Assembly: GCA_019912315.1 (NCBI GenBank)
Contig: JAIOJA010000008.1
Location: 45,668 to 109,667 of the forward strand
Direction: 5' to 3'
Length of the DNA stretch: 64,000 bases
DNA from: Planctomycetota bacterium
GTDB taxonomy: Bacteria > Planctomycetota > UBA8742 > UBA2392
The notes under the pieces were generated by a model, which was not told where the DNA came from, ran no database searches, and saw only the letters and a program-made list of their open reading frames with translations. Numbering within the stretch: the first letter of the stretch is position 1; each line of letters starts with the position of its first letter. Made by a program: the position numbers and the translations under genes. Shown here one piece after another: positions 36,677 to 46,075 of the stretch.

Positions 36677-38278
36677 TCAGTCGTCCTGGAGAACGCCAAA
36701 CCAGTACAGGTCGCTTTCCATCACGTATCCCGTGGCGGGATCGTATACGACCGCCAGGCCATGCTTCAGGCCGTTGAAGTAGCTGGTTTCCTTGCGCGGG
36801 CGGCGCGTGGCCGGGTCGTACTCGATCTCCTGCCCATTTTTGCGGTTGTCCGCAAAGGCCGTATCAAGGATCAGCCGCCCGGCGCCGTCGTAGCGCCGCC
36901 GCCAGCCGTTGCGTGCATTGTGCTGCCACACGGTGGTTTCGCAGATGTTGCCGCTGGCGAAATAGCCCGTCCATGTGCCGTTTTTTTCGCCGCGGAAGCA
37001 CTCTCCTCTAACCAGCAGGCTGCCATCGGGGCGGAAGTACTCCCACAACCCGTGCTTCTGGTCGTCCACGAAAGTCCCTTGTGAGGCGCACACGGTGTTC
37101 TGGTGGTACTTCTTCCAGGTACCCTGCTTGCTGCCGCGGATGTATTCACCTTCGTCCTGAAGAGTTCCATCGCGGTAATAGTACTTCCAGTGCCCATGCA
37201 CGAAGTAACCATCGGCGGTCTTCAGAACCGTGCCCTCTGAGCGCAACTCGCCGGAGGGATATTTGTCCGACATGTACAGCAGTTGGTCGGATTCCTCCGG
37301 CTTGACGGGCACGGCAGTTTCGTCGGGCGCATCAGGATGGCTGTCTGGGAACGTGTGGCCGGCGCCACCGGCGGCAATATCGACAGCTTCCTGATTCGCA
37401 CCGGGACGGGCGGGCTGGTGCGGCCCGTCCGGGGCGGCCGTTTGCTGGTCGGGTTGATCGGGCGGTTCGGGAAGCGGTTCGATCAGCTCTGCCCCGGTGA
37501 CCTTCTCGGTTTCGCTGTCTGCGCCAGGCGGGTTCAGCGCCAGAACGACTACCGCGACGATGAATGCGACCAGCAGGCAGCCTGCGACCGCAAGTTGCGG
37601 AATCGTGAGGCGCGGCAGGTACGAGATCGGCCCGCCGTTCTTGGCAACGGAGACCCATCGCGACACGGCGCGTTCCAGTCCGCCCGAGGGCAGGGGAAAC
37701 GCCGGAAGGGCGAGGAACGCCTCGACGCCGCTCGGGCGGTGCTTCAGCTTTTCGCGCAGGCGCTCTGTGCCACGCCTGACCCGTGCTTTAACGGTGTTGA
37801 TGTTCACACCGGTCGCCTTGCTTGCCTCCTGTTGCGTCAAGCCGCCGAGGACACAAAGCGCAACAACCTCGTGTTCTTCAGGGCTCAGCTCGGAAATCGC
37901 CGCCTGTAATTCAGCCCTGAGCTCGTCCGCCTGCAACGCGCGAGCGGGATGAGCGGCGGAATCGCTTCTTGAATCCGGGTCGATGTACGGCATGGGTTTA
38001 ACTCGCGCGTTCTTTCGCTGGTGGTTGCGGGCGCAGTTCGTGATTACGGCACAGAACCAGGGCCATGGTTCCGGTGGAATCATGGCCCTCTTGGTCCATG
38101 CGACCACGAGTGCGTCCTGCATGACGTCGTCCGCATCGGCGCTGCATGTCGTCAAACGAGACGCCATGCCCCATGCCTGGCCGATATGAACGCCGCACAA
38201 CTCCTCAAAAGGACTGTCGGCGGAACTTCCGCGGACACCCGGGTTGTCGCGCATTCCTACGTTCCGTCTTTCGCTCAT
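36677..38278 (-). CDS. ECF sigma-70 factor (regions 2 and 4) fused to a TM helix and a C-terminal MORN-variant (YwqK-like) repeat domain
   Basis: Region 2 (DVMQDALVVAWTKR). Region 4 HTH (LSPEEHEVVALCVLGGLTQQEASKATGVNINTVKARVRRGTERLR). TM segment (LAVAGCLLVAFIVAVVVLAL). Repeated GxWKxYYxDGxLxxEGEYxxGxKxGxW units. Confidence 0.75.
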   Translation of the reverse strand: MSERRNVGMRDNPGVRGSSADSPFEELCGVHIGQAWGMASRLTTCSADADDVMQDALVVAWTKRAMIPPEPWPWFCAVITNCARNHQRKNARVKPMPYIDPDSRSDSAAHPARALQADELRAELQAAISELSPEEHEVVALCVLGGLTQQEASKATGVNINTVKARVRRGTERLREKLKHRPSGVEAFLALPAFPLPSGGLERAVSRWVSVAKNGGPISYLPRLTIPQLAVAGCLLVAFIVAVVVLALNPPGADSETEKVTGAELIEPLPEPPDQPDQQTAAPDGPHQPARPGANQEAVDIAAGGAGHTFPDSHPDAPDETAVPVKPEESDQLLYMSDKYPSGELRSEGTVLKTADGYFVHGHWKYYYRDGTLQDEGEYIRGSKQGTWKKYHQNTVCASQGTFVDDQKHGLWEYFRPDGSLLVRGECFRGEKNGTWTGYFASGNICETTVWQHNARNGWRRRYDGAGRLILDTAFADNRKNGQEIEYDPATRRPRKETSYFNGLKHGLAVVYDPATGYVMESDLYWFGVLQDD

Positions 38279-38662
38279 CTATGTGCTCGGCGTTTCGCCG
38301 CTGCAACGGCACCTGAAGTAGCAACTCTCATCGCTTTTAGGCTGCTGATCCTCCGTGATGTCGAGGTACACCTCATCATTCAGCGAGTACTGAAGAATGC
38401 ACCCTTCGGGCCCATCGCACGAGATACCGTCGCAAGTGTAAACCTGCCTCAACTCCCCGTCGGCGGTGACTTCGGACTTCCACGCCAGGTCGCAGCGAGG
38501 CTGCCCAGTGTCGTCTTGCAGAAACGCCTCGAAAACTATGACGCCAGTCGGTTGCCCGTCACCATCAAGCTCAACGTCCCGATACCACTTGGTGATAATG
38601 GCGCCTTGTTGTCCCTCACTTAGCCGGTAGCGCGCCTCGCGCACCGTGTTGCTGTATGCCAT
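38279..38662 (-). CDS. Small acidic Cys-rich hypothetical protein (127 aa), stop codon abutting the ECF sigma start
   Basis: AAGAGGA RBS before the ATG at 38662. TAG immediately followed by the downstream ATG. Nine Cys, including C-terminal CYFRCRC. Confidence 0.5.
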   Translation of the reverse strand: MAYSNTVREARYRLSEGQQGAIITKWYRDVELDGDGQPTGVIVFEAFLQDDTGQPRCDLAWKSEVTADGELRQVYTCDGISCDGPEGCILQYSLNDEVYLDITEDQQPKSDESCYFRCRCSGETPST

Positions 38663-38875
38663 TTCAGTCCTCTTTTCAGATTTCATGCCAATCTGGGGGA
38701 CCTGCCTTAAGTGATGTCGCATCATGACCCACTGGGTGCACAAATCAAAAAAAACCCACGCACCGCACCGTACGCACCCGCGTCATACTGTCTCGCACGC
38801 CGCGCGTGTCTCTCGATTCACCTTTGACCAGATGCGATCGATTGATTTTGATAGTCTGACTGTTTGGAGGCTGCC

Positions 38876-39628
38876 ATGAAGACCACAACTGTACTTGCTG
38901 CTGTGATTGCTGCGCTGGTTGGCGGCGTCGTGGGCGCGCTCGTGTTCAGCCAGCTTGCCCCCGTCGCGCCTGCGCCTGTCCCCACGCCTGTGGCCGCTGA
39001 AGCGGACAGCTACGACGACTCGGCCGTGCGAAGCGAAACCCGGCGCAACAGCGACGCCATCGCCAACCTGCAAGGCGACTTGCTGCGCCTACAAGTCCGC
39101 CTCAAGGACGCCGACGACGAACGCGCGATCCTAGTGAACGAAAACCGGAAGCTAAAAGAAGCCGCCGCCAGCACCGAGCCGGAGGGAGTCACCGCCAAGC
39201 CGGACGGCAGCACCGTAGAGCCGGCCAGTCCGGAGCTGGAGGCCAAGGTCGAACGCGCCCTCGCCAATGCGCTGGAGAAGGCCGCCGAAAAGGAGCGCGC
39301 CGAAAAGGAAGCGGCCACACGCAAGCAAACCGCCGGCTGGATGGGCGAAGCCGGCGAGACCATCACGAAGAAGCTCGACGCCAGGCTGGCCCTGACTCAG
39401 TATCAACGCGACCGCATCACCGAGATCATGGCCGACACCACGGACCGCATCGCCGACCTGATGGTTGCCGGGCAGGGCAAAAGCGAAGACGGGCGCGAGC
39501 AATGGGACACCATCTGGCGCGAAACCAGCGAAGCCATCCGCAACGAAATGGGCTCGGCCCAGCAAACAACCTACGACGAGCTGGTTGGCGAACGCGGTGT
39601 CGTCAGCATCGCCTGGGGCGGCAAGTAA
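38876..39628 (+). CDS. Membrane-anchored/secreted coiled-coil protein with Ala/Pro-rich linker
   Basis: GGAGG RBS. N-terminal hydrophobic helix (VLAAVIAALVGGVVGALVF). Long charged coiled-coil region. C-terminal tail GERGVVSIAWGGK, duplicated at 35866-35916. Confidence 0.55.
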   Translation: MKTTTVLAAVIAALVGGVVGALVFSQLAPVAPAPVPTPVAAEADSYDDSAVRSETRRNSDAIANLQGDLLRLQVRLKDADDERAILVNENRKLKEAAASTEPEGVTAKPDGSTVEPASPELEAKVERALANALEKAAEKERAEKEAATRKQTAGWMGEAGETITKKLDARLALTQYQRDRITEIMADTTDRIADLMVAGQGKSEDGREQWDTIWRETSEAIRNEMGSAQQTTYDELVGERGVVSIAWGGK

Positions 39629-39714
39629 GCGCCCGCCGGCTGGTGCTGTGTATTCCTGCCCTTTGAAAGGCCGAAGGGCCGTCCAGCTACGCCGCCCGAT
39701 ATTTCAGAAACACG

Positions 39715-40524
39715 CTAGAAGCGCTCTTCCTTGTGTTTGGAAGGCTGCGCAAGTTCGCGGTCTTTCTCTTTGACCTTCTTGGCCGGGATGCCTACGTACA
39801 CGGCGTGTTCGCGAGCGTCCTTGGTCAGCAGCCCGCTTGCGCCCAACATGCTGTTTTCCCCCATCTTCGTGCCGGCCAGCACGGTGGCGTGATACGTCAC
39901 GCGGCAGCGCGGGCCGATGACCGTCTTCTTGTTGTCCACGAACTGCTGCAGGTTGATGTCGTGGGTATGGCTGTAGACGTTCACAAAGTCGGCGCAGCTT
40001 GATTTGTCGCCAAGCTCGATGCCGCCGCGGTCATCCAGCATTACCCAGCGGTGGATCACCACGTTGTCGCCGACTTCCATGTTGTAGCCGAAGGTGAACT
40101 CCACGAACGGGAAGCATTTGAAATTCCTGCCGACGCGCTTGAAGATGTGAGCGGCAAGCATACGCCGCACGCGAAAGCCGAGTTCGATGTTCATGCCGGC
40201 GGGGCTGCGATCAAACATGTACCACAGCCACAGCAGCGGCTTTACCTTGTAGTAGCGCTCGGGGTCGCAGTCGCCGTAGTACTCGGGCTCCAGGGTCACA
40301 TTGCGCGGGTCGAACTGCAGTCGCGCCAGCGTCGAGGACTGCTCGCCAAAGACCTCTACCAGCGCGTCGCGGCAGATGTCGTTGCGGTCGTCGCCCTTGC
40401 GAATGCGGGCGTCAATGTGATCCACATAGTCCTGGTAGGCCTTGTCAACGTCGCCCGGCAGCTCGACCTTGCGCAGCTTCATCTCTACGCCGATCGGTTG
40501 TGCCGGCGGTGGAATATCGGTCAT
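39715..40524 (-). CDS. Hexapeptide-repeat (left-handed beta-helix) acyl/acetyltransferase, WcaF/Mac-like
   Basis: Central IG/VG hexapeptide repeats (EVGDNVVIHRWVMLDDRGGIELGDKSS…IGPRCRVTYHATVLAGTKMGENSMLGASG). Confidence 0.65.
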   Translation of the reverse strand: MTDIPPPAQPIGVEMKLRKVELPGDVDKAYQDYVDHIDARIRKGDDRNDICRDALVEVFGEQSSTLARLQFDPRNVTLEPEYYGDCDPERYYKVKPLLWLWYMFDRSPAGMNIELGFRVRRMLAAHIFKRVGRNFKCFPFVEFTFGYNMEVGDNVVIHRWVMLDDRGGIELGDKSSCADFVNVYSHTHDINLQQFVDNKKTVIGPRCRVTYHATVLAGTKMGENSMLGASGLLTKDAREHAVYVGIPAKKVKEKDRELAQPSKHKEERF

Positions 40525-40555
40525 GGGTTTCGCCTCACTCGATGTTGGCAATGCG

Positions 40556-40601
40556 TAGTTTGTAGTAACTACCAACTACTAACTATCAACTACAAACTAG
40601 C
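40556..40601. repeat. Hairpin (11 bp stem) whose 3' arm and loop are five tandem AACTANN heptads; spans the DUF309 stop codon
   Basis: TAGTTTGTAGT … ACTACAAACTA stem. Heptads AACTACC AACTACT AACTATC AACTACA AACTAGC. Lies between the DUF309 gene and the acetyltransferase gene, both on the minus strand. Confidence 0.5.
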
Positions 40602-40980
40602 CAAGCACAGGCGAGCTTGACGGGTCAAGTGGCTTCAAATCCGGTGCGTTATTCAGTACCGGGCTCAGCACGGCCTCGTACTTGTGTAGATAGCCTTTCA
40701 GATCCACGCCGTGCATGGTTGCCGGCAGGTCGGCGAAGCGCGAGATCGCAGATTTCGCCAGTTGCCGCGCGCCCGCGAAGTTCCCGTTCCCGAAGTGGTA
40801 AAGGCTGACCGCGGCCTGCAACAGGGCCTGATAGAACTCGGCGTCCCGGCCCGTGCTGCGCTTCCACAGTACCTCCAGCGCCTCGTGTACCATGAACCAG
40901 TCGCGCTGCTCATACAGTTTCAGCGCGCGCCGCCAGAGCAAGCTGTCGGGCAGGCTCATAAATTCGGCGTGGTCGCCCAT
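40597..40980 (-). CDS. DUF309-domain protein
   Basis: DUF309-like helical motif (LWRRALKLYEQRDWFMVHEALEVLWKRSTGRDAEFYQALLQAAVSLYHFGNGNFAGA). Its ATG shares one nucleotide with the TAA of the upstream SPFH-like gene (TAATG). Confidence 0.55.
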   Translation of the reverse strand: MGDHAEFMSLPDSLLWRRALKLYEQRDWFMVHEALEVLWKRSTGRDAEFYQALLQAAVSLYHFGNGNFAGARQLAKSAISRFADLPATMHGVDLKGYLHKYEAVLSPVLNNAPDLKPLDPSSSPVLG

Positions 40981-43460
40981 TACGCATATCCCGGCGGCTT
41001 CTTCGGCCCGGGTCTGGGCACGGCGCGCAGGTTGTTGGAGGACTGGTTCGCGAAGCGCCCGCTTTCGCGCTGGATGGCGGCAGGGGGCACTAGGCGCACA
41101 TCGAGCACGGGCTCCGTAAACTGGAACTGCCACGCGGGCCAGTCGGGGCGATTCTCGCGCCAGGCAAAAATCCTCATGCGGTCACGGCTCAGGCCAATGA
41201 CGGTTCCGTTCAACACGTCGCAGGTGCGCACGGGCTCGGGCGCCGTGAACTCCAGCGCCGTGCTGCCGTCGCGGAACAGCATCGGCACCACCGGGCGCTT
41301 GATCGCAACCAGCAGGCAGCGACGATCGCCACTGAGCGCCGAGGCCGCGAGGTCGCTGATCGCCGTGCCGGCGTAGAACGCCAGCACCGGCGGCTCGCTT
41401 GATGCGGGGTCCCACACATACACGTCGCCCGCGGTGTCCGCGATCAGCACGTACTTTTCGTCGCTTGCGAGCGCCGTCACCTCATGGCGTGTGCCCCGAT
41501 AGCGCGCCGCAACGCGCAGGGTGCTGCCGGAGTCGTTGGTCGCCTCGAGCAACAGCACGGACGGCCCGTTGGCGAACAGCAGGCGGTCATTGAAGATCTG
41601 CAGGTTTCGCGTGGTGCTGAACTTGCTGATCAGCTCGGGCATGACCTGCACCGCGCTGCTGTAGGGCTGCAACTTGGGCCAGCGCAACAGACCGAACTCA
41701 CTGTGGGTCGCGTAAATGAAGCCGTGATACACCACGGCGGCGTTGATGCCGGTGCGGGCGTCCACGCCGGGGCCGATGGGGTATTCGCGGTGAGCCTTCT
41801 GGTGCTGCACCAGCGTGGTGTAGACGCCGTTGCGCGCACCGGCGAGAACCTGCCGGTCGGCGCCCTGGCCGAAAATCCGGACGGACCGCAGGCTGCCGAG
41901 GTTGCCGCTGTCGTAATCAAGCGACAGCAGCGGCTCGTTCAGATTGGTCTGCGTAAGCGGATCAATGCCGAACACGCGCCGGCCCGATGTCACCAGTGCA
42001 ACGCAGTCGATCTCGGAGCCGGCTTCGGATTCCTTCTCCGCCTGTTGCTCCGGGTCGCTGACCATCTGTTCCAGTTCCTCGGTTTCGATCTCGTCCGTTC
42101 GGGTCTCTTCGTCCGGCACGTGAACCGTTGCGGCGCGAGTGACCTCTGACAGGGCCGTACCCAGTGCCTCATTCATCGCGGTCGCGGCCACGCTGGCAAC
42201 ATCCTCATCATCAAGCTCGGCTTCGCGCCGAGTGGCCTGCGTGTCGGTTTCGGCGATCTTGACCGAGTCGCCTTCCTTCACCTTTCCGGTGTCCTGCTCG
42301 TTGTGCTCTTCGCGCACGGGCTCGAGGCGCGGGCGCGAAATGCCAAGTTCCACCTGCCGCGTGCGGTGCGCCTCGATCTCCGCCATCGCTGATATCTGCT
42401 CAGGCGACATGTTTTTCATCATCAGGCGGTGCAGCAGGTCGGCCTTCAACTGCTCGTCGCGTATCAGATTGATGTAGACTTCAATTCGATCTTCCGACAA
42501 CTCGCCGCGGAGTTTCTTCACCACCTCGATGTGCTTGTCGAACAGGATCGAGTCCATCTCGAGCTTGTCCTCCAACACCATCGAGCGCAGCGCCTTCTCA
42601 AGGTTGTGCTGCTGTTCGCGGTACAGGGTTTCCAGCTTGTCCAACTCGGACTGTCGTTCCTTTTTTGCCTTCTGGCGCTCGTGCTCCTTGATCAGCCCTT
42701 CTTCGCGCGCGCTTACCAGGAACTCCTCGAGTTCCTGGCGTGAAAGCTCCTGCCCCATCTGGTCGCGCAGCATGGCGGCCTGCACCTCCTGCTTGGCGCG
42801 CTCGCGCTCGCCCTGCTGCTGCATGTTCGCGAGTTCCTGCTTGTGCTGCTCAAAGCCCTCACTGCGGATACGCCCGAGGTCCAGGGTGGTTTCCGCAATG
42901 CCCTTCGCCTGCAACTCGCTGCCGCAGCGGGCCAGGATCTTTTCGCGGATTTCTGCCAGCAGGGCCTCATCGTTCACCTGCTCGACGGTGTATTCCTTCA
43001 GCACCGACTTCACGGCCGCCGTCACCTGCTCCTGCATTTCGGCCTTGAGAAGGGGCCAGTCGAAGTGGCGGCGTCCCTCCACATTGTGCTCAATGAAGGC
43101 GTCTATGCTTTCGCGCTGGGTGACATCCGGGGTTACGCTGAGCTCGAAGTTGACGCTGGCGTCAAAACCGTCGCTGGTAACACCCTGCTGTGCATTGAAC
43201 GGGATGCGCACGTCGCGGTCGCGCAGCAGGTGTGCCGTGAACTCGCCGCCCGCTTCTTCGCCGGGCATAAGCACTTTGTTCTTGCCGTCCTTTTCCTGAA
43301 CAAGCCCCACAAAGCCCTGTGGCACAGCGTACTTGCTGCCAAGGATGCCCTTGACCTGCTCTGATTTGACCTTCAGGTAGACGGTGTTCGCGGTCGGCGT
43401 AACAGGGTCGCGCTGGAAGCGCTCCGTCTCGCCATATTGTTTTTCGACAAACTCTTCCAT
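40980..43460 (-). CDS. SPFH/band-7 (flotillin-like) domain protein with a long coiled coil, acidic linker and C-terminal beta-propeller-like domain (about 826 aa from the ATG at 43460)
   Basis: SPFH-like core (VNFELSVTPDVTQRESIDAFIEHN…AETTLDLGRI). About 250 aa of heptad-rich E/K/Q coiled coil. C-terminal repeated hydrophobic strands. A GTG start at 43577 is possible but less likely. Confidence 0.55.
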   Translation of the reverse strand: MEEFVEKQYGETERFQRDPVTPTANTVYLKVKSEQVKGILGSKYAVPQGFVGLVQEKDGKNKVLMPGEEAGGEFTAHLLRDRDVRIPFNAQQGVTSDGFDASVNFELSVTPDVTQRESIDAFIEHNVEGRRHFDWPLLKAEMQEQVTAAVKSVLKEYTVEQVNDEALLAEIREKILARCGSELQAKGIAETTLDLGRIRSEGFEQHKQELANMQQQGERERAKQEVQAAMLRDQMGQELSRQELEEFLVSAREEGLIKEHERQKAKKERQSELDKLETLYREQQHNLEKALRSMVLEDKLEMDSILFDKHIEVVKKLRGELSEDRIEVYINLIRDEQLKADLLHRLMMKNMSPEQISAMAEIEAHRTRQVELGISRPRLEPVREEHNEQDTGKVKEGDSVKIAETDTQATRREAELDDEDVASVAATAMNEALGTALSEVTRAATVHVPDEETRTDEIETEELEQMVSDPEQQAEKESEAGSEIDCVALVTSGRRVFGIDPLTQTNLNEPLLSLDYDSGNLGSLRSVRIFGQGADRQVLAGARNGVYTTLVQHQKAHREYPIGPGVDARTGINAAVVYHGFIYATHSEFGLLRWPKLQPYSSAVQVMPELISKFSTTRNLQIFNDRLLFANGPSVLLLEATNDSGSTLRVAARYRGTRHEVTALASDEKYVLIADTAGDVYVWDPASSEPPVLAFYAGTAISDLAASALSGDRRCLLVAIKRPVVPMLFRDGSTALEFTAPEPVRTCDVLNGTVIGLSRDRMRIFAWRENRPDWPAWQFQFTEPVLDVRLVPPAAIQRESGRFANQSSNNLRAVPRPGPKKPPGYA

Positions 43461-43606
43461 CGCAATCCATTCTACAGCGCCGGACGCCCTTTGAAACGGG
43501 GCTTTGCGGCATGTTATTCCGATCTGTCGGCTGCGGATTGCGCGCAAGGCGGGATTAGCATTCGGGGGTAAAGTCACGTAGAATGGCCGCCCCGAACGGA
43601 GGTTCT

Positions 43607-46048
43607 ATGCGAGTTGCGTTTGCATATTTGCTGCTGTTGTTGCTGGCGACGCCGTTGGTCGCACAGGACAACAACCCGGATGAACAGAAGCCGGTGGACC
43701 TCGCGGTGGCCTTCCCCAGTACCACGATGGTCTACCTGCGCGCGGACACCAGCGACTACTTTGAATCCCTGAACCCCGAGGAAATATTCGCCGGGCTGGA
43801 GGGTCAGTTCGACCTGCCTGACCTCGGAAACATTGCCCGCGACCGCCTGGAACTCGAGCTGTCGGACGAAGAAGTCAGCGCGCTTGCCAAGGGCGTTGAG
43901 GGCACGGCCTTGGGGCTGCTTGACGTGGCTGTCAGCGGACCGAAGTTTCAGGTGGTGTTCCAGCACCGGGATCTGTCATCGCTGGCCCGCGCGCTGAAGG
44001 ATGCCGAGAAAGAAGGCGCCATGACGGTGCCGGGCGTGGACGACTATTACGGAACGCTGATCTACGAAGTCTATCTTCCGCTGCTGCCGACCGAGTCCCG
44101 CGACGACTTCGCCCCGGACATGAACCCGTTCAGCAGCCTCATGACAATCCAGGACCTGTGGATCAGCGTTTTCAAGGACAAGTACCTGGTGATCGCGACC
44201 AGCGAGAACGCCGTCAAGGATGCCGTCGATTACATTTCCTTCCCTGAGGACCCGATCGACACGTTGCTTGGCAACGCCCGCTACAAGGAAGCGATTGCCC
44301 CATTTGACGCGCCGCAATCCGTGTTCTTCGTGAACGTGCAGGCCGTCATCAACACCATGGAGCGCCTGGCGGGCGACAAGGGCAGTTCGGGCCCGATGCA
44401 GGAGATGCTGCTGTACATGCTGGGCGTGAACGATGAGCAGGTGCGTTTCTTCTTCAACCTGGTTCAGTATGAGCAGTTCAAGAGTTTCGCTGCCGGTTTC
44501 TGGCTGGATGAAACGGCCCTTACCTTGCGCATGGACGCCAACCTGGTGTTCCACAACCCGCCCGGCTGGTTCGACACGCTCCGCGTAAAGCCGCAACCAA
44601 TGCCGTTCACCAGCTTCATCCCCGGCGACGCCATGTTTGCCATGACCGATTGCGTGCAGGATGTCGGCGGCATGTACGACCGCATCAAGGCATTCTTCAC
44701 GGAACGCGCGAACGCCGCCGGGCAGCCGGAACTGGTCAAGGCCTGGGATGATCTTGAGGCGAGCATCAAGGACGAGAACTGCTCGCTGAAGGACACGCTT
44801 GACCAACTTGGCGTGGGTCAGGCCGGGGTAGTACTGCCGGGCAAGCAAGGCGGGTCCGGCAATGCGTCCGTTGCCGCGATTCTCGGGCTGAAGAACCGCA
44901 AGCAAGCAGAGGATTTCTTTTTCAGTCGGTTCATCGATTCGGTGCTGGGCAAGCCGTTCAAACAGGCCGAAGGGGAAATCACGCCGATCACCATAGTCAA
45001 CGGCGTGGAAATTCATCACGACCAGGACAACGAGCTGGCATTTGCGTTCATGGACTTCGAAGGTGACACCGGCGTCCTGCTGCTGGGCGAACTTGACGCC
45101 GTGCGGCGAATCGTGCTGGCACGCACCGGCAACATGAACCTGCACGCGATGAAGTCCTGGCAGGCGGCCAACGGGCTGCTGTGGGGCGAAGGCAGCCTGC
45201 ACATGTACATCAACTTCGGCTCGATGCTGGAAACCATGGGCGGGCTCACCAGCCGCGCCTGGATGTGGGAATCAGAAGACGACCAGGGCATTGACCGCGA
45301 CGATACGGAAAAAGACGAGGACCCAACGCCGTTTCTGGCGAATTTCTTTCGCCAGACGGTGCTCATAGGCAGCGCCCGCAGCAATGAATCCAGCGTCAAC
45401 GTACGCTTCGCGGCGGCCGGCTGGCCTAGCCGCGAGGAAATGCGCGGCATGGCGCTGCACTTCCGCGACGTGGAGCGCAACCGGCAGATACGGGACGATT
45501 TCGTGCGGGTACGGGACGCCGCGCGCGCTTACTACGCGATCAAAGGAGCGCCAGCCGCGAAGGTTGCGCAACTGCTTGGCACGGGGTTGCTGGTAAACGA
45601 GGAGTGGTCCATTGACCCTTTCGGCGCCGACGACGAGACACCCCGCGAGTACGCAATCGCTGAAGTCCCCGAAGACGTTGACATCCGGCAGCCGATCCTC
45701 TGCGCCTACCAGGCGAAGCCGGGGCTGCGGGGCAATCACCTGGCGGTACTCTGGAACGGGCACATCGTCGCGTTGACACCGGAGGCGCTGACGAACGCGC
45801 TGGCGCTGGCGAAAGAAGGCAAGCCCCTGCCCCGTGATGGCGACTGGTATCGCGACGCCCTGCGCCCCCTGTACGAGATGGACGACCCGCGCACGACACC
45901 CAGCTACGATCGCTGGGTGGAAGAGGATAAGGTCGAAGTCGTAATCATCGACGACGAGGGCAATGAGCAGGAGGTCAAGCTTGACCAAGAAGGGCTGATG
46001 GAAACCACCGAGGAAATACTCGACCAGCAGAAAACCGACGAAGAGTAA
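43607..46048 (+). CDS. Large secreted hypothetical protein (DUF3352-like), paralog A
   Basis: GGAGG RBS. Signal peptide MRVAFAYLLLLLLATPLVAQ. Natural D/E/K-rich composition. The antisense 408 aa and 962 aa ORFs were rejected. Confidence 0.6.
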   Translation: MRVAFAYLLLLLLATPLVAQDNNPDEQKPVDLAVAFPSTTMVYLRADTSDYFESLNPEEIFAGLEGQFDLPDLGNIARDRLELELSDEEVSALAKGVEGTALGLLDVAVSGPKFQVVFQHRDLSSLARALKDAEKEGAMTVPGVDDYYGTLIYEVYLPLLPTESRDDFAPDMNPFSSLMTIQDLWISVFKDKYLVIATSENAVKDAVDYISFPEDPIDTLLGNARYKEAIAPFDAPQSVFFVNVQAVINTMERLAGDKGSSGPMQEMLLYMLGVNDEQVRFFFNLVQYEQFKSFAAGFWLDETALTLRMDANLVFHNPPGWFDTLRVKPQPMPFTSFIPGDAMFAMTDCVQDVGGMYDRIKAFFTERANAAGQPELVKAWDDLEASIKDENCSLKDTLDQLGVGQAGVVLPGKQGGSGNASVAAILGLKNRKQAEDFFFSRFIDSVLGKPFKQAEGEITPITIVNGVEIHHDQDNELAFAFMDFEGDTGVLLLGELDAVRRIVLARTGNMNLHAMKSWQAANGLLWGEGSLHMYINFGSMLETMGGLTSRAWMWESEDDQGIDRDDTEKDEDPTPFLANFFRQTVLIGSARSNESSVNVRFAAAGWPSREEMRGMALHFRDVERNRQIRDDFVRVRDAARAYYAIKGAPAAKVAQLLGTGLLVNEEWSIDPFGADDETPREYAIAEVPEDVDIRQPILCAYQAKPGLRGNHLAVLWNGHIVALTPEALTNALALAKEGKPLPRDGDWYRDALRPLYEMDDPRTTPSYDRWVEEDKVEVVIIDDEGNEQEVKLDQEGLMETTEEILDQQKTDEE

Positions 46049-46075
46049 CAACAAGACAGGCATACGGAGACAAAC

